Shown here piece by piece: positions 24,198-32,000 of a DNA stretch of 32,000 nucleotides. Below the pieces are notes generated by a model. The model worked only from the letters and a program-made list of their open reading frames with translations, ran no database searches and was not told the origin of the DNA. The number at the start of each line of letters is the position of its first letter. Position 1 is the first letter of the stretch. This stretch comes from Pseudidiomarina andamanensis. Lineage in GTDB: Bacteria > Pseudomonadota > Gammaproteobacteria > Enterobacterales > Alteromonadaceae. The stretch is from assembly GCF_009734345.1 (NCBI RefSeq), contig NZ_CP032551.1:780001-812000 (forward strand), given 5' to 3'. Both the position numbers and the translations under genes were made by a program.

Positions 24198-24649
24198 TGG
24201 TAAGTAATATTCGTTCTGCCACAGCAGCAGATATAGACCAACTCGTAGCCCTCGAATTCGGCACTTATGCTGATGAGGGCTATCCTGCCCCCCTGTTTTA
24301 TCAAGCACTAGCGCAATGGTCACCATGGCTATTCATAGCCGAGCGAGATAACGCAGTTGTTGGTTATGTTCTTGCTGCCCCTGGTAGCGGAAGCTCCCTG
24401 TGGATCATGTCACTATTAGTGGCTAACTCTGCGCGTGGAGAAGGGATTGGACGGCAACTCATGCAGACTCTATTAGCGCAAGTGCATACGCAGCCCAATC
24501 CGTTCTCGAAAATTGCATTGACAGTGTCGCCTAATAATTTTGGTGCGATTCATTTGTACCGTCAATTAGGGTTCAAAGATATTGAACAAATTGATAACTT
24601 TATGGGGCCTAACCAACACCGCTTACTCATGCACTACAATGCCTGTTGA
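24197..24649 (+). CDS. GNAT-family N-acetyltransferase (RimI-like)
   Basis: Acetyl-CoA motif A RGEGIGRQLMQ. 150 aa. Its ATG overlaps the yceI-like stop (TAATG). Confidence 0.8.
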   Translation: MVSNIRSATAADIDQLVALEFGTYADEGYPAPLFYQALAQWSPWLFIAERDNAVVGYVLAAPGSGSSLWIMSLLVANSARGEGIGRQLMQTLLAQVHTQPNPFSKIALTVSPNNFGAIHLYRQLGFKDIEQIDNFMGPNQHRLLMHYNAC

Positions 24650-24713
24650 CGGTGCAATAAAAACTCTCATATAGTGACTTCATAATAATTAATAAAGTAA
24701 GGCACGAAGTCTC

Positions 24714-27700
24714 TTGTCGAAAATACGGATCAACCCTTTTGTTGTTTCGGCAACACTATTCACAACACTAGTTGCAACCTTCACCATAGGTGCGCTCGGT
24801 ATTGTCATGAACGCAATAGTCGAGCCACAGAGTTTGTTCGAGCGTATGCTATCGAACAATTCATCGCTGATTTGCATCGCTATTAGTGTGGCCACCGCCG
24901 GCTTATTATTTAAATACCGCTTTTTTCAATGGCTTGGCAGCGGTGTCATTATTGTTGCAGCACTACATAGTTTATTAGTGAACACCAGCTTGCATGATAT
25001 CTTATTCATGCCATGGTTGGCGGAATATGAAGCCGCGCTTTACCCGCCGATGATTCTGTTGTTTATTGTGCTGGGCGTGATGTTGGCAATGAATCCGAAA
25101 CACCCTATCCAACGCATTTGGATGCGGGTTACATCTGCCCTAGTCACCCTCGCCGCAATAATTATGCTGGTTATACACATTAACCCGAATGGGTTTATGT
25201 TGCTTGGTCCGCACCCAGATATCACGAGCGTCGCTGCAGTATTGCTTCTCCTTTTAGGTGTTAGCTACAGTTTGCTCTCACAACAAGAGCGATTTGTTTC
25301 AGTGTTACCAAGCAAACAAGCCATGACGATTGGCTTTATTGCGGTATGCCTTACAAGTGCTGCTTGGTATTTTATGGGTTACTCCAGCCTCAAAGAAATT
25401 CAACAGCAAGCCGAAAGAGAAGTAGAGCGACTAGCTAATGCTCGTAGCACCATGGCTATGGTCAATATTCAATTGATGCGGCGCATGACTGAGCGCTGGG
25501 AACTAGCTGCAGCAAACAACTTCGAGTTCGATCGGCGTTCAGACGTTCAAGCTTATCTACGTGATATTCCTCATCTATTGAGTTTATCGGCACTTGATAC
25601 AAGTAAACAAACATTATGGACAGAAGACAGACCAGATAGCCACATACCAAGTTTAGAAGTGATGGCTATGCCACAAGTACAAAACTGGTTAGTACAGCAT
25701 CATATCGACATCAATTTTATCATTCCTGAGCTGCAATTTATGCAGTCTGAAACACCCGCCGTTGCCGTGATGATATTGCCAATTGCTGATGTCGTTGATG
25801 ATATGCGTTATTTGCTCGCGGTATTTAACCTCAATCAAATGATGAACCCGGCGACGCGTTTAACTAATGACAAAATAAAGGTTTACACCAGACTCTCAGA
25901 ACAAGCTGAGCGAAGCTTTGAGGATGATAAACCCACGCATGCTAATGAATTGGCATTGGCATCGGCTATTTTAACTATCCCTCACGGCCCTGAGCTTGAG
26001 TTAAATGCCACGCTTTATAATTTTGAAGAACTCTCCTATTCGGGCAATTTGCGTACGGCAATTGTATCGTTGGGGCTCTTATTTAGTTTGGCATTCGTGT
26101 TGATGTTTGAACAAAACCGAGAACTACGGCACCACAGCCATAAAGTAGCGCTAACGCAAAGACGTTTGCGTAAACAACGTCAAGAGTTATCAATAAACGA
26201 GCAACGCTATCGAAGCTTATTTAGTCAGCACCCCGATCCTGTTTTTTCGCTTGACTGCAACGGCAAGTTTACCCATGTAAACGATGCTTTTTGTGAACAA
26301 GTTGAAGTTGATCGCGAGCAACTACTAGATATGCATTTTCAAGAATTTTTAGATGATGGTGAGTTTGCTCGAATCCTTCCGATATTTACTGGAATTATTC
26401 AAACGGGACAGAGTCAGCGCTATGAAGCCGAGGTGATCACCTATCGCACGAAGAGTATCAAAATATTTGATATAACAAACCTCCCCATCATCATTGGTGG
26501 TGACGTATTAGGTACGTTTGGAATTGGTCGCGATATCACCCAAATTAAAGAACAAGAAGAGCAACTCAGTTATCAAGCACGTCATGACAACCTAACTGGG
26601 CTATCCAATCGCGCTGCATTTGAGAGCGACTTAACCCAGTTAATTCAGCAACAGCAAACTGCGCCATCAGAGCAATTGTTGGCAGTATTGTTTATTGATA
26701 TTGATGGATTTAAACCGGTGAATGATAGTCTCGGTTTGCGCGTTGGTGACGAAATTTTGCAGCAGGTTGCTGCTCGGCTGCAAAAGCATATTAAGCAGCC
26801 AGATATTCTTGCTCGCTTTAGTGGTGACGAATTTGTCATGGCTACAAATCGCTGTGAATCCATACCGCAACTTGAAGAACTCGTCGCGCATGTGTTGGAT
26901 TTTATTGATGAGCCTTACACAGTCGGCAACCAAAAGATCTATCTGACGGCAAGCATCGGGGTCACCATTTATAAGCCGACCAACAAAGATGCCATGAGTT
27001 TGATTCAGCAAGCTGACGTTGCCATGGCGCAAGCGAAACAACAAGGCCGAAATCATTGGCAATTCTACACGCAGCAACGTCAATCGATGTCAGCTTCGGA
27101 TATTATTTTACGTAGCCAGTTGCAGCAGGCCATCGATAATGAATCGTTAAAGCTTTTCTATCAACCAATTATTGATTTTACTTCCGGTAAAATTGTTTCG
27201 GTTGAGGCGCTCATGCGCTGGTCTCTAGAGGACAGTACGGCCATTTCGCCGGTTGAATTTATCCCGCTCGCCGAAGCAACAGGGCAAATTATTCCTGCCG
27301 GAGCATGGGCACTTAAACAAGCCTGTACCGATATGAAGAAGTTGCACGCGGCTGGCATACAGCGTGTCGCTGTGAACTTATCGGCGTTGCAATTCCATCG
27401 TGCTAATTTTTTTGAACAAATTGAGCAAGTTCTCAATGAAACACAGACGCCGCCCGACCACCTCGAGCTCGAGCTAACCGAGAGTATTTTGATGGAAAAT
27501 ACTAATAACGCCATCAGTGTACTTCAACGTCTTCGCGAGCGAGGCATTCGTGTCGCCATTGATGACTTTGGCACGGGCTTTTCGGGCTTAAGTTATTTGA
27601 AGACCTTACCGGTCACTAAATTGAAGATTGATCGTGCGTTTATTAAGGAACTCGAGCACTCTTCGAGTGATCAAGCCATCACGCAAGGCATTATTAATAT

Positions 27701-27866
27701 GGCTCAACAGGTTGGGCTTGAGGTGATTGCTGAAGGTGTTGAAACGACCGACCAAATTACATTGCTGAAGAAATTCGGCTGTGGCTATGGGCAAGGGTTT
27801 TACTTTGCTCGCCCAATGCCACTTGCCGATTTACTTATCTTTCTACAAAACAGCGACCTGATTTAA
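24714..27866 (+). CDS. Membrane sensor protein: multi-TM N-terminus, extracytoplasmic domain, PAS, GGDEF (SGDEF variant) and EAL domains
   Basis: 1050-aa ORF. The GGDEF-domain start is HDNLTGLSNR, with LFIDIDGFKPVND and ARFSGDEF. EAL motifs EALMRW, NLS, ELTES, DDFGTGFSGLSYL, KIDRAF, AEGVET and GQGFYFARP are present. The start is uncertain (TTG 24714 with a weak SD; the first ATG is at 24807). Confidence 0.85.
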   Translation: MSKIRINPFVVSATLFTTLVATFTIGALGIVMNAIVEPQSLFERMLSNNSSLICIAISVATAGLLFKYRFFQWLGSGVIIVAALHSLLVNTSLHDILFMPWLAEYEAALYPPMILLFIVLGVMLAMNPKHPIQRIWMRVTSALVTLAAIIMLVIHINPNGFMLLGPHPDITSVAAVLLLLLGVSYSLLSQQERFVSVLPSKQAMTIGFIAVCLTSAAWYFMGYSSLKEIQQQAEREVERLANARSTMAMVNIQLMRRMTERWELAAANNFEFDRRSDVQAYLRDIPHLLSLSALDTSKQTLWTEDRPDSHIPSLEVMAMPQVQNWLVQHHIDINFIIPELQFMQSETPAVAVMILPIADVVDDMRYLLAVFNLNQMMNPATRLTNDKIKVYTRLSEQAERSFEDDKPTHANELALASAILTIPHGPELELNATLYNFEELSYSGNLRTAIVSLGLLFSLAFVLMFEQNRELRHHSHKVALTQRRLRKQRQELSINEQRYRSLFSQHPDPVFSLDCNGKFTHVNDAFCEQVEVDREQLLDMHFQEFLDDGEFARILPIFTGIIQTGQSQRYEAEVITYRTKSIKIFDITNLPIIIGGDVLGTFGIGRDITQIKEQEEQLSYQARHDNLTGLSNRAAFESDLTQLIQQQQTAPSEQLLAVLFIDIDGFKPVNDSLGLRVGDEILQQVAARLQKHIKQPDILARFSGDEFVMATNRCESIPQLEELVAHVLDFIDEPYTVGNQKIYLTASIGVTIYKPTNKDAMSLIQQADVAMAQAKQQGRNHWQFYTQQRQSMSASDIILRSQLQQAIDNESLKLFYQPIIDFTSGKIVSVEALMRWSLEDSTAISPVEFIPLAEATGQIIPAGAWALKQACTDMKKLHAAGIQRVAVNLSALQFHRANFFEQIEQVLNETQTPPDHLELELTESILMENTNNAISVLQRLRERGIRVAIDDFGTGFSGLSYLKTLPVTKLKIDRAFIKELEHSSSDQAITQGIINMAQQVGLEVIAEGVETTDQITLLKKFGCGYGQGFYFARPMPLADLLIFLQNSDLI

Positions 27867-27870
27867 TTCC

Positions 27871-29898
27871 TTATTTCAGGTCATCGTCATGTTGTTCGAG
27901 ATCCCAAGGTAAACTCGCTGGCGAAATATGCATAAACTGCAAATAGTTCTCGAACTGGTTAATCACATCGTTAATGATGTCGTTCGGTTCATAGCCATAA
28001 AGATCATACGCTTGACCACCTTGGCGTAAGAATACCTCTGCACGATAGTACTCGGTTTCACGTTTGTCACGCTTGTCGGTCATCGCAAATTGCGGTCGCT
28101 GATACGCTCGCATCCGTACTTCATAGCTGAATTCTACTTCGTCTTGTCGACGAATCGTTAGAATGGCTCGAACATGTTCTGCATCAAATGCTGCTTCGGT
28201 TTCCCATTCTTTGCTACCAAGCTCTTTAGCGACATCGCCTAGGCATTCCATCACCGTATGCTCAACAAATTCACGTACTTCCGTTTGACGCGGGAAATCC
28301 ACAACGCCGGCAAGGCGCTTCTTCCAATACGTAGGGCCGGCATGAACGCCTCGACGGTGCGTACGCATGGCTGTTTTCAAACTCGCATACTGGTGTCCTT
28401 CAATTACCAGCGCTCGCCACATGCCAAATGCGGCGATAAGAATGATCACTGCGAACGGCAGTGCACTCGCAATCGATGCGGTTTGTAACGCCCCTAGTCC
28501 ACCGGCCAAGAGCAATACGCCAGCGACGACACCTTCCGCACTAGCCCAAAATACACGTTGCCACACAGGCGTTTCGGCAATACCGCCCGATGCTAACGAA
28601 TCGATGACCAATGAACCTGAGTCAGACGACGTAACGAAGAAGGTGACAATCAATATCACGGTCGCGAATGACAAAATATTCGTCCACGGTAGACGTTCAT
28701 ACAGTTTAAACAAAGCAATCGCTTCGTCATTTTTTACTTCGGTGATAAGCGTGGTGTAACCTTCATTCATGATCATATTCAGCGCTGTATCCCCAAACAC
28801 GCTGAACCAGAAAAACGTAAACATCGTTGGTACAAACATGACACCAAATACAAACTGACGAATGGTGCGACCACGACTAATTTTTGCAATAAAGAGCCCG
28901 ACAAAGGGTGCCCATGCAATTGTCCAGCCGAAGATAAATAAGGTCCAATTGCCAATCCAATCACTGCGCGAATACGCTTGGAGATTAAAGGTACGCTCGA
29001 CAATGTTGTTCAAATAAGAACCAGTATTTTGCAGGTAGGTTTCTAAGATATGAACCGTTGGGCCAGCAAAAAACACGAACAAGAGAATAAATAGAACCAG
29101 TACCATATTCACATAAGACAGGCGCTTCACCCCTTTATCGAGGCCGGCAACCACCGACATAATCGCGAACACCGTAATCACCGCAATGGCAATTAATTGC
29201 ACCGTGGTACTAATTGGAATATCTGGCCACAAATAATTTAAACCTGCGTTGATTTGAATCACTGATAAACCAAGCGTTGTGGCGATACCGAACATCGTCC
29301 CTAAAATGGCAAACGTATCCACTGCATGCCCGGCAGGACCATGAATCTTTTCACCGATCATTGGGTAGAGTGTTGAGCGCATCGACAATGGCAAACCATG
29401 TCGGAACGAGAAGTACGCTAAAACAAGACCGACAAGGCCGTAAATAGCCCAGATATGAAAGCCCCAATGGAAATAGGCAATTTGCATTGCCTGCTTCGCA
29501 GAATCGACCGTTTGCGCAGCGCCAACCGGAGGGCTAGCGTAATGCAATACAGGCTCCGCTACACCAAAGAATAACAAAGCAATACCGTAACCAGCGGAAA
29601 ATAACATCGCAAACCAAGCTGGGAAACTATATTCGGGTTCGGCATGATCGGGGCCTAATTTAATTCGTCCCCACTTAGAAATAGCAACTACCACAATAAA
29701 AACGAGAAAGATGGCAACTGCCAACATGTAGAACCAGCCAAAATCCTTGGTGATCCATGCTAAGACATCACTAAATAGTTCTCCGGCAAGCTCCGGACTA
29801 CTCAAAGTTCCAATAACCAACAACGCAATCACTGCAACGGCTGGTATAAAAACCGGCACTAATATTGCGGAGTTCCATTTCGCCTTTGTGTTCGACAT
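27871..29898 (-). CDS. BCCT-family transporter (BetT-like choline/betaine transporter with long C-terminal domain)
   Basis: 675 aa with the BCCT signature region WTLFIFGWTIAWAPFVGLFIAKISRGRTIRQF and 12 TM-like segments. Confidence 0.85.
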   Translation of the reverse strand: MSNTKAKWNSAILVPVFIPAVAVIALLVIGTLSSPELAGELFSDVLAWITKDFGWFYMLAVAIFLVFIVVVAISKWGRIKLGPDHAEPEYSFPAWFAMLFSAGYGIALLFFGVAEPVLHYASPPVGAAQTVDSAKQAMQIAYFHWGFHIWAIYGLVGLVLAYFSFRHGLPLSMRSTLYPMIGEKIHGPAGHAVDTFAILGTMFGIATTLGLSVIQINAGLNYLWPDIPISTTVQLIAIAVITVFAIMSVVAGLDKGVKRLSYVNMVLVLFILLFVFFAGPTVHILETYLQNTGSYLNNIVERTFNLQAYSRSDWIGNWTLFIFGWTIAWAPFVGLFIAKISRGRTIRQFVFGVMFVPTMFTFFWFSVFGDTALNMIMNEGYTTLITEVKNDEAIALFKLYERLPWTNILSFATVILIVTFFVTSSDSGSLVIDSLASGGIAETPVWQRVFWASAEGVVAGVLLLAGGLGALQTASIASALPFAVIILIAAFGMWRALVIEGHQYASLKTAMRTHRRGVHAGPTYWKKRLAGVVDFPRQTEVREFVEHTVMECLGDVAKELGSKEWETEAAFDAEHVRAILTIRRQDEVEFSYEVRMRAYQRPQFAMTDKRDKRETEYYRAEVFLRQGGQAYDLYGYEPNDIINDVINQFENYLQFMHISPASLPWDLEQHDDDLK

Positions 29899-29984
29899 GC
29901 GTACTCTCTCCTTTTGCTTTAGTTATTTAACCCTATGCGGTAAGAGGAAAAATTTCAAATTTGCCACAACTCTGATAGCCTAAT

Positions 29985-31373
29985 TTGAAACTATCTGGAG
30001 CACTTCTAACTATGTTTCATCGTATTGCTGGTCCTGCCGCCGCTGTTATCTCTTATTTTATGGCTCACTATATTTTCAATATGCCAACTGCAGCTGCGTG
30101 GACGCTAGCAACGACGGTTTGGGTTGCTTGGTGGTGGATTACCGAAACCATCTCGCTACCAGCCACTTCCTTATTACCTTTTGTGCTTTTACCTCTAGGC
30201 GGTATCGCCAGTGTTAACGAAGTCTCGGCAGCGCTTGGTAACCCAATTATTTTGTTATTTATGGCGGCATTCATGCTCGCCAAAGCCGTTGAGTTATGCG
30301 GCGTACATAAGCGAATTGCTTTGAATTTAGTTCGTAAACTTGGCAATAGTAGCGCCCGCCGAATGATCTTTGCCTTTATGATAGCTACTGCGTTTTTATC
30401 GATGTGGATCTCAAATACGGCAGCAGTACTTGCTTTATTACCGGTTGCATTAGCGCTCGCTGATGCTAGTCCGGATCACAAATTTCAACGCGCCCTACTA
30501 CTCGGGCTGGCTTACTCAGCGTCGGTTGGAGGTATTGCGACACTGATTGGAACCCCACCTAATTTAATTTTTGCATCGGTGTACGAGAGTTATACCGGCA
30601 CCAGCTTTGGCTTCATGCGCTGGATGCAAATTGGTCTTCCGCTGGTCATTGTTGGTATTCCAGTGATGGCGTGGTGGCTTACTCGAGGTTTAACCTCTGA
30701 AACTCATTTAGAAATAGCAGAAAGCGGATCGGTTCGCAGTGCTGAAAAACGTGTCCTGCTAATATTTGGCGCCGTCATTGTGTTGTGGATGACCCGCACA
30801 GCGCCATTCGGGGGCTGGTCGGGGGCTTTGGGGCTTGGCACCATAGGTGATGCCACCGTCGCATTCATGGGCGTACTTGCACTATTTATTTGGCACGATA
30901 AAGATGGCATTCCATTATTGGAGTGGCGCGACGCAGTGGCTATTCCATGGGGTATTTTGCTGTTGTTCGCTGGTGGTATCGCCCTGGCGCAAGGTTTCGT
31001 CAGTAGCGGTTTAAGTCAAATTATCGGCCATGGTTTGGTTGGTCTAGCTGGCTTGCCGACATGGCTTTTGGTATTCCTGTTAGCTATTTCGGTTAGCCTA
31101 TTGACTGAAGTGACTTCAAATACCGCCACAGCAACACTACTTATGCCGGTATTAGCGGCAGCTGCCGGTGCACTTGAATTGCCACCAGAACTACTCATGA
31201 TCCCTGCCGCTATAGCATGTAGTTGTGCGTTTTGTCTGCCTGTGGCAACGCCGCCCAACTCAATTGTGTTCGCCTCAGAACGCCTCACCATTAAAATGAT
31301 GGTGCGCGAAGGCATGGTATTGAACGTGATCATGGCGGCACTCACCGCCGCCATTGTGATGGTATTTGTGTAA
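29985..31373 (+). CDS. DASS/SLC13-family anion:sodium symporter
   Basis: 462 aa, polytopic. The SNTA hairpin motifs (WISNTAAVLALLP and EVTSNTATATLLMP) are typical of DASS transporters. Start at TTG 29985 or ATG 30012. Confidence 0.75.
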   Translation: MKLSGALLTMFHRIAGPAAAVISYFMAHYIFNMPTAAAWTLATTVWVAWWWITETISLPATSLLPFVLLPLGGIASVNEVSAALGNPIILLFMAAFMLAKAVELCGVHKRIALNLVRKLGNSSARRMIFAFMIATAFLSMWISNTAAVLALLPVALALADASPDHKFQRALLLGLAYSASVGGIATLIGTPPNLIFASVYESYTGTSFGFMRWMQIGLPLVIVGIPVMAWWLTRGLTSETHLEIAESGSVRSAEKRVLLIFGAVIVLWMTRTAPFGGWSGALGLGTIGDATVAFMGVLALFIWHDKDGIPLLEWRDAVAIPWGILLLFAGGIALAQGFVSSGLSQIIGHGLVGLAGLPTWLLVFLLAISVSLLTEVTSNTATATLLMPVLAAAAGALELPPELLMIPAAIACSCAFCLPVATPPNSIVFASERLTIKMMVREGMVLNVIMAALTAAIVMVFV

Positions 31374-31392
31374 CGAGAATTGCTGACTCAAA

Positions 31393-32000
31393 TTAAAAGT
31401 GAATCACGCCCATGTAGTCAGCAATATTGACATCATACGATGTGGTTTGCTTGAGAAAATCTGACATCGCTTCCAACGAATCTGGTTCGCCGTGAACTAA
31501 ATGCACCTGCAAATCTGGCGGCAACGGTGAGCTATGCAGCCAATCACCAATTTCTTGATAGTCGGCGTGGCCCGATAAGCCATCGAGACGGCGAATACGC
31601 GCTTTCACCGGCAACCACTCGCCATGTACTTTGATGCGCTCAACGCCCTGCTCCATTTTCGCGCCTCGGGTTCCCCCAGCTTGGTGTCCAGAAAACAGGA
31701 CGGTTGCACGATGGTCACCTAACCAGTGCTTAAAATGATGCAATATTCGACCACCAGTGGCCATGCCACTGCCAGCAATAATGATATGTGGGCCATGTTG
31801 CTTGGCAATTGCTTTTGAATCTTCCACATGTGGCGTGTAAATCACCTGCTGCTCCGCAGCTTGGCATTGCTCAGCGCTGAGTCTATGAAATTGATGATAG
31901 TCGCCATAAATATCTGAGGCTTTAATTGCCATTGGGCTATCAAGGAAAATGGGCATGCGCGGTATTTTTCGCTGGGCCATTAATGTCACTAACATGTGTT
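31393..32000 (-). CDS. MBL-fold beta-CASP hydrolase, C-terminal part (N-terminus beyond right edge)
   Basis: beta-CASP motifs are visible (IIIAGSGMATGGRILHH, LSGHAD, VHLVHGEP). The frame is still open at the window end. Confidence 0.75.
   Translation of the reverse strand, partial: HMLVTLMAQRKIPRMPIFLDSPMAIKASDIYGDYHQFHRLSAEQCQAAEQQVIYTPHVEDSKAIAKQHGPHIIIAGSGMATGGRILHHFKHWLGDHRATVLFSGHQAGGTRGAKMEQGVERIKVHGEWLPVKARIRRLDGLSGHADYQEIGDWLHSSPLPPDLQVHLVHGEPDSLEAMSDFLKQTTSYDVNIADYMGVIHF

Noticed and set aside
30068-31354. Minus-strand ORFs (68-112 aa) inside the DASS transporter gene
   Set aside because: They are Ala/Ser-rich antisense translations of a GC-biased membrane protein gene, with no independent support.

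Overview
Chromosomal segment of a marine-type gammaproteobacterium. Gene content and synteny look Alteromonadales/Vibrionales-like, but the taxon cannot be fixed from sequence alone. The left ~3 kb is visibly more AT-rich accessory DNA. It holds a well-formed integron-type attC site (1099-1200). It also holds one complete gene cassette encoding a DUF559/Vsr-like nuclease fusion (1105-2179), the start of a two-gene cassette (HAD phosphatase plus a truncated unknown protein running off the left edge), and an orphan zinc-ribbon mini-gene. No integrase is visible. The rest is mostly core genome. It contains a cupin, a tandem USP plus SulP/STAS transporter, a CspA-family cold-shock gene with a long leader, trxC, a DCC oxidoreductase, an OmpW-family protein, a YkoF-like protein, another beta-barrel OMP, selO, ychJ and rluF. 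A parDE toxin-antitoxin pair lies flush against the methylcitrate operon (GntR regulator-prpB-prpC-acnD-prpF). Further right are a decayed MHYT-GGDEF-EAL gene with an intact EAL part, a lipoprotein, an MscS-family channel, YceI-like and GNAT genes, a 1050-aa membrane PAS-GGDEF(SGDEF)-EAL sensor, a BCCT transporter, a DASS/SLC13 transporter and a partial beta-CASP MBL hydrolase. Two short repeat families are present: a ~32-nt GC-rich palindrome (5 copies in 4.07-9.96 kb) and a CGTTANT heptad-repeat element (2 loci). No rRNA, tRNA, CRISPR array, IS element or prophage genes were recognised by eye.
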